A stretch of DNA of 63,684 nt, filler included, from Stramenopiles sp. TOSAG23-2 (GCA_900128395.1; 10 parts of 10 records of this genome joined end to end with filler, not necessarily neighbours in it), one strand, 5' to 3'; shown: positions 44,272 to 55,433, numbered from the whole stretch's first letter. A program made the numbers and translations. The notes: generated by a model not told the origin, from the sequence alone.

Positions 44272-44474
44272 TGTTATAGATGGTTATATTGGATTCTAAT
44301 ATATGAAAATAACTTGGATATCTATATATATTGATATATATTGAGATATAGAAATTTCTTTCAGCTTTCGATAACTTGGAGGATGATTTTGACATTGTTA
44401 TAGATGGTTATATTGGATTCTAATATATGAAAATAACTTGGATATCTATATATATTGATATATATTGAGATATA
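44227..44474. repeat. Two-copy tandem duplication, 124-bp period (RRP42 start and upstream)
   Basis: GAAATTTCTTTCAGCTTTCG starts at 44227 and 44351. Confidence 0.95.
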
Positions 44475-44761
44475 ATGTACAAAAGGAACACTGCTGTGTA
44501 TTGTTGGTGATTCTTATAAATTATTCATTTTTGTTTTGAGCGCTTCTACAACAATAAAAGCATATTTATTTATTATATTTTTATATAATATTCTGGTTAT
44601 TATTTGATGAAGGTGGATTCTGTGTTGTACTATTTTGTATACTAATAACTATATAATACCTATTATAATAGCGGACCAGCCACCGCGCTCGGTAAAAATG
44701 CTCTATTTTTATATTTTATTACATCCCTCACCACAACAAACAATAACAATTTACACTAAGC

Positions 44762-46397
44762 TCATATAAACATAAAGAGATAAACAATTGTTAAATGTAA
44801 GAAAAGGAAAAAGTTCAGATTTGATATGGCTGATGCAGCACCTGCAGTCGATGTCTCCATTGGAGGATATGTTACACTGGTATCAATATCTACTATCGTA
44901 ATGCCACTTGAATATGCAGATAAATCAGCAAAGGTTCCTGTAGACTCTTCTTTCCACGCACCATTTGGAGGATATGTTACACTGGTATCAATATCTACTA
45001 TCGTAATGCCACTTGAATATGCAGATAAATCAGCAAAGGTTCCTGTAGACTCTTCTTTCCACGCACCATTAACATATTTTCGAACAACCCATTGACGTGT
45101 AGGTTTCACAGCACCAACATTCAAACCTACTCCATCTGGACCTGCACTTGATTTATCCCAACATGGGCACCATGGTTGATATGGAAACGTTTTTGTTACA
45201 CCATTTTTATCTTTAACAGTGAAAAGTTCCAACTTGGCTGTTTCACTGCATTCATCATAGACATCTCTACATTGTTGAACAGTTACAGGCGAATTATCAT
45301 CATTAGGTCCATAACATCCAATTGTAAATGGTGGATGCTCAGTAATATGATAATGATAGATATCTTTATCTGGTGAATCTGGTGTTTTGCCCCATTGGCC
45401 GTTACAAGCATCTAATGTGGGTTTTAAGGAATTTGAAAAATCTTCCCATTTACCATATACACCTTGTCCACTTGCCAATCTTCTGCTACGTCTTCTACTT
45501 GGCTTCGTAGCTTCAGAACCATCATCACAAACTGGTTTCCCTTGAGTACATGGAGGATGCGATTTTTTCAATGCAGAACCATCAGGGCATACGTCTTCTA
45601 CTTGGCTTCGTAGCTTCAGAACCATCATCACAAACTGGTTTCCCTTGAGTACATGGAGGATGCGATTTTTTCAATGCAGAACCATCAGGGCATTTTGGTG
45701 TTGAATTATCAGAACAAGTCGGAGCACCACTAGATCCGCCGCCACTAGATCCACCGCCTTTTCCAGCGCCACCTGACCCACCAACAGATGAACTTGCCTT
45801 GACCTCAGCTACTCTGATAGAATGTTTTGAATTTGCTGCTGTGGTATATAAACAACCTAATTCTTTATGGTAATGGTAATCTTTAGTATGCCCACCACAA
45901 TTATCTAGAAATCCATAATATTTACCTCCTTCGGTTCTTGGAAGAGTAATATTGCAATTATATGCACATATTTTCTCAGCAATTGTCACATCCGTACCAC
46001 CTTCAGAATAGCACAAACTTGTACCTTTATTACAACCTAACTGTCCAGTTATGACATTATTTTGCGTCTGTCCAAAACCGGCTTCAAATGGTCCATATAT
46101 ATTTTCACCAACATTTCTTGTCGCACCAGCAGTGCCTACATCCGCACCGTTTTCCTGTGTTGCAAAACCTGATACTACCGTCAATGCTACATCTCCTAAA
46201 AGACCCGCTTTTGTTACACCTAACTTGCGGGTACCTATGCCGTCTCCTTCTTCTTTATCATCAAGAATTTGTTTCACAGCTTTACCAACAATAGAATTTA
46301 AATGTTGTCGTTTCAACCTACGAACAGCTTCAGTTTGTTGTGATAAAATTGCTGTAGCAATAACAGTCGCAAGAATACAAATATATAATAATTTCAT
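44762..46397 (-). CDS. Secreted, possibly GPI-anchored YHYH-domain protein (split by a 103-bp duplication)
   Basis: Signal peptide MKLLYICILATVIATA; motifs LDNCGGH..DYHYH and LDACNG...IYHYHIT..PPFTIGCYG; hydrophobic C-terminal tail after small residues. The two ORFs fuse when 45488..45693 is collapsed to one copy. Confidence 0.75.
44860..45069. repeat. Two-copy tandem duplication, 105-bp period (in frame)
   Basis: TTGGAGGATATGTTACACTGG starts at 44860 and 44965. Confidence 0.95.
45488..45693. repeat. Two-copy tandem duplication, 103-bp period (frameshifting)
   Basis: ACGTCTTCTACTTGGCTTCG starts at 45488 and 45591. Confidence 0.95.
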
Positions 46398-46864
46398 GAT
46401 TAATTTTGTAATGTAATAAAATATATTTTATTTATTAATCTCTCTGTATGTATATATATATACATCTGTAATGTTAATATATATATACAGTATATATTCC
46501 AATAATAAATTCAAAAAATAATATGTATCCATGAATATCTATAATATCTACTATATCAATCTATCATCTATAAATCAATCAGTGTGTGGCCAGAGGAGGA
46601 GGGGTAAATAAAAGATGGATATTTTTATTTTATTTATTTGCACTACCTGGTATTCTAATAGTGTGTGTACTCCAGTACTGTATGATAGATGGGAGAGCCG
46701 CCTTTCTAATGCCCCGGCATGATAATTATTTTGAAAATAGCACCGAACAGCAGCACACCACCACATCAGAGTGCCACCGGTTTGAAAATAATATTATTTA
46801 TATAAACAAAATAGATGGAGAGAGAGATATTCAATAACAAGATACATACACACACATGTGTTCA

Positions 46865-47104
46865 CATGTTCATTCATTTAAAACAAAAACAAATACAACA
46901 TGCAAACAATATTATTAACAATTAATAATGGATCTAGTATCTCGCCCTTAACTATTTTTGCAATGATTACGGTTGTATCCATTGCATGTTCATTCATTTA
47001 AAACAAAAACAAATACAACATGCAAACAATATTATTAACAATTAATAATGGATCTAGTATCTCGCCCTTAACTATTTTTGCAATGATTACGGTTGTATCC
47101 ATTG
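46865..47104. repeat. Two-copy tandem duplication, 120-bp period
   Basis: CATGTTCATTCATTTAAAAC starts at 46865 and 46985. Confidence 0.95.
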
Positions 47105-47589
47105 CATCAATATATTATTTTAAACGAACAACAACGAATAGCCAAAAGAACAATAACAATAATGATGATAACAATGATAAAAAAAAATTAAATAAATTAA
47201 AAGCATTAGGTCGTCTTGTGGTAAAAGAATGGACTATAACGAAGGTTCAACATGAATACATACACAAAATAGCAAAGAAATTCAAAGTTGATATTTCTTC
47301 AGTAGTAACACGTTTAATTGTACAAGCAAATAAGGAGGATAATAAAAGAAAGAAATTTATTTTTCGTGTCGTACGTTGTGATAATTGTTCACAATCATCA
47401 ACGGGCGGTTACAAAGTGGATGTGGAGTTAGAATTGGATTTATTGCATACTAAATGGTTAGATAATGTACATATTAAGTGTAACCATGCATCTGTTGATA
47501 AAACATTACGTATCATATTGGATTTTTATATTGGTGTAGTACTTAAAGATGGGGAAATGGAAAATCGATTTTTTGATTTTAATGAATAA
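47020..47589 (+). CDS. Small protein with N-terminal transmembrane anchor, unknown function
   Basis: 189-aa ATG-initiated ORF; hydrophobic LTIFAMITVVSIASIYYF, an Asn linker, then a globular region with CDNC. Confidence 0.65.
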   Translation: MQTILLTINNGSSISPLTIFAMITVVSIASIYYFKRTTTNSQKNNNNNDDNNDKKKLNKLKALGRLVVKEWTITKVQHEYIHKIAKKFKVDISSVVTRLIVQANKEDNKRKKFIFRVVRCDNCSQSSTGGYKVDVELELDLLHTKWLDNVHIKCNHASVDKTLRIILDFYIGVVLKDGEMENRFFDFNE

Positions 47590-47767
47590 TAACAAAAATA
47601 ATTTTATTTGTACATACTGGTGTGGTGTGATGGGGTGAGCATATATGGCATGCTGTAAAGATGGGGAAATGGAAAATCGATTTTTTGATTTTAATGAATA
47701 ATAACAAAAATAATTTTATTTGTACATACTGGTGTGGTGTGATGGGGTGAGCATATATGGCATGCTG
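47544..47767. repeat. Two-copy tandem duplication, 112-bp period
   Basis: TAAAGATGGGGAAATGG starts at 47544 and 47656. Confidence 0.95.
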
Positions 47768-48422
47768 TGGCATGCACTACTGATGTACGTATATTCTTAT
47801 TCTTATTATTCCAGTATTAGTATAAATAAAACCTATTAAATTTATACATTAAGTATACTAATACATTTATTTCCTATCAAGTAGAAAAAGTTGAAAAAAG
47901 AAATACAGAAACAGTATGTAACTTAAACTACTGGTATGCAGCAAGCAGCAGCAGCAGCAGCTTTTTAATTTTCGTTGAGTTTTCAGTTTTCAGTTTTACT
48001 TTCCTACACATAAATTATCATACCATCATGGTGGTACTACTAGTACTGTAAATAAGTTACAGACGCCTGTGAGGCAAGGACCCCTGCCCAAATAATGTAA
48101 AATATACATTTTTGCTGATCCTAAAATTTAAGGCCATTGTGCTATGTATAAAATATTAGGAACGAACTGTAATAAACTAAAACGTCAATTTATCCTGTAG
48201 AACACCTCACAAATTTGTTAATTTTTTCATCTCATAGTGTTTAAGTATAAAATTAGATAGGAATTATTTTGATAGACAATCATATTATGTAGTGTCCAAG
48301 TATGAAACACAAAAAATCTATAAAATTTTGATGAAAAATCGTAAAAGTAATTTATCCAAAGATTGCGACATTTGATTTACCTGCTATTACGGCTTATTTC
48401 GTTTGGACATTTGATTTACCTG

Positions 48423-48522
48423 NNNNNNNNNNNNNNNNNNNNNNNNNNNNNNNNNNNNNNNNNNNNTTAATTAATTAANNNNNNNNNNNNNNNNNNNNNN
48501 NNNNNNNNNNNNNNNNNNNNNN
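48423..48522. other. Artificial contig spacer
   Basis: N44-TTAATTAATTAA-N44. Confidence 0.99.
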
Positions 48523-48577
48523 TTTACATCTGGACCACGCCATACAATAGCATGTTCCTTATGATCCCAATCATTTG
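48523..48577. repeat. 55-bp inverted copy of 52651..52705 at the contig start
   Basis: TTTACATCTGGACCACGCC...CCAATCATTTG is the exact reverse complement of CAAATGATTGG...CCAGATGTAAA in the ankyrin gene. Confidence 0.95.
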
Positions 48578-48834
48578 ACACTAATAAAACTTGTACTTTC
48601 AAACTTGTGACAACAGCTTTTTTTTTTTTTGGAAAAAAAGATATAGCTGTTATCAATAATATATCTTCTTCTTTGTTGTTGTTGTTTTATTATTATTACT
48701 GAGGTATAGTAGTATTTATACATGGAAACAATAAATACTTATATATATATTTAAACCAAATGAGATAAATAATATTTCTAATATATATATATATTTATTT
48801 TAACATCATCATTCCAATTATCAACTTGTACATC

Positions 48835-49419
48835 ATGTCATCTTCACGAAGCATCGCACGAACTCATAAATCTGGTAGTGAAACTGCTCGTGAACCAATA
48901 GTTAGTAATAGATTATGGAATAGTACAGGTAATCTGCCAAAACAAAAATACCCACAAACTAACGATGTTGGGAGTAGCACTAAACATTTTAAAAGTATGC
49001 AAAGACAATTGAGGAAACGAGAAAAGCTATTGAAACAGATGGCAAGAGTTGAAAAGAGCATGAAGAATGCACAAGAAAATATTATGAGAAAACATGGTAT
49101 CAAAAATAAAGATTTAGGTAAATCAACTGGTGGTCATACATTACCACCTAGTTGGAGAGCATTAGATCCAGAATATGTTATGAACAGCCCAGGAGTTACT
49201 CCATTGATTTCTTCTGGTTATTCGCAAACAGCACGTTTCAAGACATATTCGCAATTTTCATTAGATTATACTGCAAATTGTCCAGAACGACCAAAATTTG
49301 CAAAGTTAGAAAGAATTATTGATGGAAAAAATAAAAAACAATCTGCAGAATTTACATTATTCGTGGAAGCTGCCCATCGTTTAGGAATAAATTTAAATGC
49401 TGTAGGTCATATTGAGTAA
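48835..49419 (+). CDS. Hypothetical basic protein
   Basis: About 194-aa ORF from the first ATG (MSSSR) with protein-like composition and a short coiled coil; no family recognised. Confidence 0.6.
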   Translation: MSSSRSIARTHKSGSETAREPIVSNRLWNSTGNLPKQKYPQTNDVGSSTKHFKSMQRQLRKREKLLKQMARVEKSMKNAQENIMRKHGIKNKDLGKSTGGHTLPPSWRALDPEYVMNSPGVTPLISSGYSQTARFKTYSQFSLDYTANCPERPKFAKLERIIDGKNKKQSAEFTLFVEAAHRLGINLNAVGHIE

Positions 49420-49907
49420 TAAAAGGTAAAATAATTGTAAAATTGAGTAAGAGCTGCAGAGGTTGAAAAAAAACACACACAAAAATGTAAAAAAAATGGG
49501 GAAAAAAAGACGCACGTTCAAAAGAATTTTATGTGCGTAAAGTAAAAATGTGGTTTCCTTCACAAAAAAAATTATTCAAAAGAGATACTGTATTTTTTTA
49601 AAAATTATAATTTTGATATGATACGTATAAAATACAAAATGTAGTCCAGGTAGTCTGGCAACTCTAACTCTGCGTCGTCAGCAGACTCTATGCACATAAA
49701 CTGTATGTGTCTATTAGAACCCCTTAAATGAACTTTTCAAAGTATCCTTTCCCACGTATAAAAAATCCGATACGACCACCTCATTCGGATATTTTGATGT
49801 ATTACAAACATATTTCTGAATTCGTACATGTACGTCACACATAATATATGTAAACAAATACGACGTTCGTATTAAATAAAACAAAAATATCCACACACAC
49901 AGAAATT

Positions 49908-50999
49908 TCAAAAACCTTTCCATACTAGATATTGCCATGGTCTTAAAAATCTTCGTTCATGAACATTACCTAACATGGCTAAACAATCTTCCATCATCAA
50001 CTTTGTCCTATCATCTTTCATAATATCTTTATCAATATATTGTATATCCTTATCTTCTTCTGCACCTTTTTGTTTAGCAAATTCTTCTTCTGCTAATAAA
50101 TCTTTTAAATGTCCTTCACGACAATCTGCAGCTTTCAATGCTAAAATTTCAGCACCATTAAAATCATGTCGAATACCACCTTGAAACATTGAATTATATT
50201 CACAATGTTCGGCAGTAATTGTATGTTTCTTTCCATATCCACGTTCAGCTAATTGAATTGATTGGGACATTTCCGTTTCTGCTTGTTGTAATAAATCTTC
50301 ATTTCTTGTTAAAATAGCATGTTCTGATTTTGCAATGCTTCGTATAAGTGCTAAATCTGCTTTTCGTTTCTTTTTCCTAGAACTTTGTTGTATAACTTCA
50401 TTTGCCAATTCAATAGCTTCTTCAAAGTTGGATACTATTGTACATAATTTAGCATGCCTAGCTTTTTTATCTAATAATTTCATACCTCCCGTTATTGGGG
50501 AACCATCTTCCGGAAACAATCGTAACGAATCACCTGCACATCTTTCTGCTTTTTCCCAATCTCTACATTTTATATACAATATCACCATATTTTCTAAGAT
50601 ACTGGAGTGGTTGCTTTCTTTGCTTAATCCAGCTTCTTTTGAAATCCTTTCTGCTTCGGTAAAATATTTTTCCGCCTCGACATATTTTCTACAATCAATT
50701 AAAGCAGTTGCAACATTTTGATGAGCACCTGCATAATATGATGGATTTTTAGTTATTATTTTATCACGATATAATTCTAACGCTTCTTTATACACTTTGA
50801 CAGATTCTTCTACGTTTCTTTTATGTTCCGGTTTTAACGCTTTTCCATCATCGCCTAATTTTTTTGCTACCATTTTATCTAAAGTACTTTTTTTCTTTTT
50901 TTCTTTTGGTACTTCTCGTAATTTGGCTCCTTTTCTTGATAAATCAAAAAATTCCACAGTTAATTTTGCTTGTGGATCACGTTTATTTTTTCTTCCCAT
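49908..50999 (-). CDS. TPR-like helical repeat protein
   Basis: AGAHQNVATALIDCRKYVEAEKYFTEAERI, ILENMVILYIKCRDWEKAERCAGDSLRL and AERGYGKKHTITA resemble kinesin-light-chain-type TPRs. Confidence 0.7.
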   Translation of the reverse strand: MGRKNKRDPQAKLTVEFFDLSRKGAKLREVPKEKKKKSTLDKMVAKKLGDDGKALKPEHKRNVEESVKVYKEALELYRDKIITKNPSYYAGAHQNVATALIDCRKYVEAEKYFTEAERISKEAGLSKESNHSSILENMVILYIKCRDWEKAERCAGDSLRLFPEDGSPITGGMKLLDKKARHAKLCTIVSNFEEAIELANEVIQQSSRKKKRKADLALIRSIAKSEHAILTRNEDLLQQAETEMSQSIQLAERGYGKKHTITAEHCEYNSMFQGGIRHDFNGAEILALKAADCREGHLKDLLAEEEFAKQKGAEEDKDIQYIDKDIMKDDRTKLMMEDCLAMLGNVHERRFLRPWQYLVWKGF

Positions 51000-51452
51000 G
51001 ATGGTAAATACTTTGAAAGAATAATCGTATTTAAAAAGACGTGTAACTATATATATATATATATGACTAATACAAACAGTTTATATGGTAAATTTGCCAC
51101 CAAATTTAAAATTAAAAAAAAAAATTTCTATGAAATGCATGTTATAATACATGTACTGATATATTTATTTATTATTATTATTGTTTGGATTATTGGCTTC
51201 TGATTATGATCTTTATTATAACGTCTATATCACAATGGTGTGCCATGCTAATATTTCCAAAATATATATGGTAGTTGCGATAATGATAGAGTATATATAT
51301 GGTAATTGCGATAATAGAGATATTATATAATGGATAATATAAAAAGTATCTATGTATATATATATATATATCATAATATTCATCAATTATTTCACAAAGT
51401 GAAATATATAAATTAGAAAGATAGATACATATACGATATTGTATTACAGAAC

Positions 51453-53078
51453 ATGACAGAAAAAATCGAATTGTATTCACCAGCATATTGGAAAAAATGG
51501 AAAGAAGGTGTAAAAGTGTCAAATAATGTAAAGCAACAAGAAGAAGATGTAAATAATAATAATAATAATGTTCGCTTAAATACTGGTGTATCGTTATCAT
51601 CATCCATTGAAAGCAGTGTGAACCGAAGTAATGTGAATACTGCAACTTCTAGTGAAGCAAAATATGCCGCACCAAAAGTAGATCATGGTGTAGCAAAAGT
51701 TAGAAATATACGTGCATATAAAACCGCATTTGCTGATTCGGTAAATTTACCTCAAGGTTGGGAACCTGAGAAACCAAAGTTAGCAGTAGAAAATAACCCA
51801 TTTTTGCCAACACGATATGGTGGGCCTAGACGTCCACGTCGTGTAGTCATAGACGTTGAACCACGTTTAGTTGGTTTAAAGGAAAAAGAAGATCCAAAAA
51901 TACCATTTTCAAAAATACCTGGACAATTTGGTGAAAAGCAATTTAATTCTTTACATCGTTCAACTAGTTTAGGTACGTTCCAGCAAGGTAATCGTTTTGA
52001 TAGTAGTACTAAATTAAATGTTGATGGAGTAGGACCAGGATCTTACAAAGTAGAAACAAGTCCAGATAAGCGAGGTGGTGCATTTTCGATGGACACACGT
52101 ACGAAACGGATAAATCATAATAAAGCAACTCCTGGGCCCGTTTATAATCCAAAGCATACGGTTGTATCAAAAAGAATACAGGCATCTAATTTTTCTAAAT
52201 TTGGTCCGAGGTGGAATCAACAGACAGATCCAAATACAAAAAATACATTAGGGCCTAAATATGATATACCATCAACGCTAGGTAATGCTCGCCATACATC
52301 GTTTGCATATCATGATGAATATCAAGCTCAGAAAGCAGCAGAATCGATACGTACAATTGATCCAACATTGTATGAATTTAAAAATTTTGGTTTTGGTTGC
52401 AATTTAGAAGAGCATATTCAATATGGCCAATGTTTAGATGGTAAATGTTCCGAACGTTCGCGATGGGAACAAACAAATAAATTAAAAACTAGATTAGATG
52501 TAAGCTACAAAGAAACGAAAAAAAAGAAAAATGGATCGATAACGAAAAGATCATATAAATCGAAACACCGTACGGATGGGCATGATACACCATTGCATTT
52601 GTCATGCCGTACTAATGATGTAAAAGCATTTAAAGCTCTCTTAAAAGGTACAAATGATTGGGATCATAAGGAACATGCTATTGTATGGCGTGGTCCAGAT
52701 GTAAATAAAGTAAATCGGGATGGTCAAACACCTTTACATCTAATATGTTTATATAATAATTTAATTTTTGGTTGTATTTTCTTGCAATATGAAAGGCAAA
52801 AAATTGAACTTGATATACAAGATAATAATGGTGATACAGCATTACATATAGTTGCTAGAACTGGTAACGAACATTTATTACAAAAATTACTTCAAGCTGG
52901 TGCAAATCCAGATTTACAAAATAAAGATGGTAAAATGCCAAAGGATATATGTAGTAATCAAAAATGTTATCAATTGCTACGAGAAGCTTCCGATATAATT
53001 GACGTACATCAACAATTGCAACAACTTAGATTAAAAGCAAAAGAATTGCAGTTAAAACAACGAAGACGAGGGTATTGA
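51453..53078 (+). CDS. PGP (SHIPPO/ODF3-like) repeat + ankyrin repeat protein
   Basis: VGPGSY, TPGPVY and LGPKY repeats with intervening aromatic/basic motifs; ankyrin motifs DTPLHLS, GQTPLHLI, GDTALHIVA and GANPDLQNKDG. Confidence 0.8.
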   Translation: MTEKIELYSPAYWKKWKEGVKVSNNVKQQEEDVNNNNNNVRLNTGVSLSSSIESSVNRSNVNTATSSEAKYAAPKVDHGVAKVRNIRAYKTAFADSVNLPQGWEPEKPKLAVENNPFLPTRYGGPRRPRRVVIDVEPRLVGLKEKEDPKIPFSKIPGQFGEKQFNSLHRSTSLGTFQQGNRFDSSTKLNVDGVGPGSYKVETSPDKRGGAFSMDTRTKRINHNKATPGPVYNPKHTVVSKRIQASNFSKFGPRWNQQTDPNTKNTLGPKYDIPSTLGNARHTSFAYHDEYQAQKAAESIRTIDPTLYEFKNFGFGCNLEEHIQYGQCLDGKCSERSRWEQTNKLKTRLDVSYKETKKKKNGSITKRSYKSKHRTDGHDTPLHLSCRTNDVKAFKALLKGTNDWDHKEHAIVWRGPDVNKVNRDGQTPLHLICLYNNLIFGCIFLQYERQKIELDIQDNNGDTALHIVARTGNEHLLQKLLQAGANPDLQNKDGKMPKDICSNQKCYQLLREASDIIDVHQQLQQLRLKAKELQLKQRRRGY

Positions 53079-53411
53079 AGATATCTGAAGAGAGAGGGGA
53101 GGGGGGTGGGAAATATTACAATTTTCCTCCCGCGTTAAAAGTGTATGTATAATTATATTTTTATAATTAAAATCATTAATTTGTATTCTCGTATTAATAT
53201 ATATATATAAGAGTAAATATTTATACACGGTGTAACGTAGTATGAGATGTGAGTGCGTGCACTTCGTTTAATATGGTGATACGTGGTTATATAAACAATA
53301 TTTTTTAGTATATTATGCACATATTTTAATATTTAAAAATTAATATTTCTTAAATTTTACATTGATTGTACGACCACATAATATGGCCTAAAATGTAATT
53401 TACACGCACTC

Positions 53412-54902
53412 TCAAACCATCGATTTACTTTTTGCAAGAATGTTGGTCACATTGCAATGAATGTAATGGTTGAAACTGGCAATAATTAATGTCAATGACA
53501 TGATCCAAAACACAGGATACCAACTTCCATTAAATCTTCTTAAAAAATATGTAACAATAAATGGTCCAAGAAACCCTGGGATCGCTGCTACTGTATTTCC
53601 AAAGCCGAAAACAAAACCTTGTAATTCTGGTGCAGGAACCATATCAATGTAACTTGCTACGACAAAATTATCGAAACAGCCCATAAAAAAAGTGATAATG
53701 AACAAGCATGTTGAACTTGCAACAGGGCTATCTTGGAAAAATGGCATTAAAAAATTAAAAAATGCCACGGACAACATGACAATTATTGCACCATTTTTAC
53801 GTGTGCTTAGCAAAGACAATAAATTCATTTTCAAAATATATTTTACCAAAAGACCACTTAATACCGGGCCTGCAATTGCTGCAAAACGCGATGGCAATAT
53901 ATAAATACCTGTAGAAGTCAATTCGATTTTTAAAACATCGACAAAATAAGTGGGCATATACGATAATATTGTATAATTTGTTAAATTAATTGCAATATGG
54001 CATATATAGGCTGATTGAAGGGATTTATTGCGCAATAATTGAACGTATGTTTCCTTTGTAATTGTATTATTACTATGTATTTGTTCCACAGTATCTTTCT
54101 TACTACCGTCCTCCTTTTCTTCCTTCTTATTGACACCATCGTTGTTATAATCATTATTATTATTATCTTCTTTTTTTTCTTCTTGGATATAATAAAAACT
54201 AATAGCAATAACAATAAGACCAAATGAACCGTATAATTTTAACATATTTTTCCATCCAATAGTATAAATGAAATATGGGGACAAAAATGTACCAACCATT
54301 GCACCAATGCTGGCACCAGCGCTACGTATACTCATTGCTATGGATCTATTTGCTGTATTTGTATATCTAGACAAAACAACTTGTGAAGCTGGAAAAACTG
54401 GTGCACATGAAATTCCTAGAAATAATAAATTGACAAATAAATAAAATGTTGTTTCGTACGACATATCAAATACATACGGTATAATAGCTGTCGTAAACGA
54501 CCATGCAAAACATGCTATGCTTAAAACAAAAAATCCGCCAAATTTAGATGCTAATAAACCACCAAAAATATTATTTATAAAATATCCTATAAAAAAAGAT
54601 GATAATATTATTGCTTTTCTGTTATTTACATTTTCATTCCTGTTTACATTATTATCGTATGTCTTATTACTATATGACACTGAAATGTTTTTTAAATCAT
54701 TTTCCATTGCAACAGCAACAAAACCAATTGTTACTCTAACAAGATAATTTGAAAAAGCGTATGCACCAACAACATACCATATCGCATAATAGTTATTGGA
54801 TGAAGAGATTGTATCTTTTTCTAAAAGAGGATTGATGATTTCATTGTTTTTTGGCGTTGGTGCAGTAAGAGTAGTATTGTTATTTTGGCGTGGCTCAATC
54901 AT
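53412..54902 (-). CDS. MFS transporter, SLC17 / anion:cation symporter family
   Basis: About 12 hydrophobic segments; ILSSFFIGY, GGLLASKFGG, SYMPTYF, YIDMVP, FGFGNTVAAIPGFLGP and W.PVF. Confidence 0.88.
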   Translation of the reverse strand: MIEPRQNNNTTLTAPTPKNNEIINPLLEKDTISSSNNYYAIWYVVGAYAFSNYLVRVTIGFVAVAMENDLKNISVSYSNKTYDNNVNRNENVNNRKAIILSSFFIGYFINNIFGGLLASKFGGFFVLSIACFAWSFTTAIIPYVFDMSYETTFYLFVNLLFLGISCAPVFPASQVVLSRYTNTANRSIAMSIRSAGASIGAMVGTFLSPYFIYTIGWKNMLKLYGSFGLIVIAISFYYIQEEKKEDNNNNDYNNDGVNKKEEKEDGSKKDTVEQIHSNNTITKETYVQLLRNKSLQSAYICHIAINLTNYTILSYMPTYFVDVLKIELTSTGIYILPSRFAAIAGPVLSGLLVKYILKMNLLSLLSTRKNGAIIVMLSVAFFNFLMPFFQDSPVASSTCLFIITFFMGCFDNFVVASYIDMVPAPELQGFVFGFGNTVAAIPGFLGPFIVTYFLRRFNGSWYPVFWIMSLTLIIASFNHYIHCNVTNILAKSKSMV

Positions 54903-55125
54903 ACTTCTTTATATCTCGCACTTGCAACTAACTTCGCCTCTATCTACATAAAGTCCAATGTGCCCTACACTGTAAATAAGTACAATGTATAAATTCATAC
55001 TCTCACACATGTTTTGTGTGGTAATAAAAGTATAATAATAATATAATTGAAATAATAAAAAATAATTACCATACCAGGTAGCTACCACCGTTCGCACACA
55101 TTAACACTAAAATACCATTATATCT

Positions 55126-55291
55126 CGCATATTTTCCATCAAATTTCATCATTTTTAACATTTTCAACCTAAATTCTTATATTTCATTGTTGTGATGATG
55201 GATTTTTCATTTCATTACATGAAAACAAAGGAAAAACATTGAAAATACCTTTTTAAACTTAGGCTCCACTAGTATACCATTTTTCCTATCA
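55126..55291. repeat. Interspersed repeat, copy 2 (copy 1 at 20556..20721)
   Basis: Colinear 166-bp match; the 3' part is nearly identical. Confidence 0.9.
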
Positions 55292-55333
55292 ATTGGCAAA
55301 ATAATTTTGACATTTCACGTTTTCAGAAATATG

Positions 55334-55433
55334 NNNNNNNNNNNNNNNNNNNNNNNNNNNNNNNNNNNNNNNNNNNNTTAATTAATTAANNNNNNNNNNN
55401 NNNNNNNNNNNNNNNNNNNNNNNNNNNNNNNNN
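55334..55433. other. Artificial contig spacer
   Basis: N44-TTAATTAATTAA-N44. Confidence 0.99.

Noticed and set aside
42753-47767. Clustered direct repeats as a CRISPR array or other repeat-spacer system
   Set aside because: Each repeat is a different local sequence in two adjacent copies with no spacers; there are no cas genes and the context is eukaryotic.
48367-48422. 17-bp direct repeat GACATTTGATTTACCTG at a contig end
   Set aside because: Only two copies, truncated by the spacer; too little to interpret.
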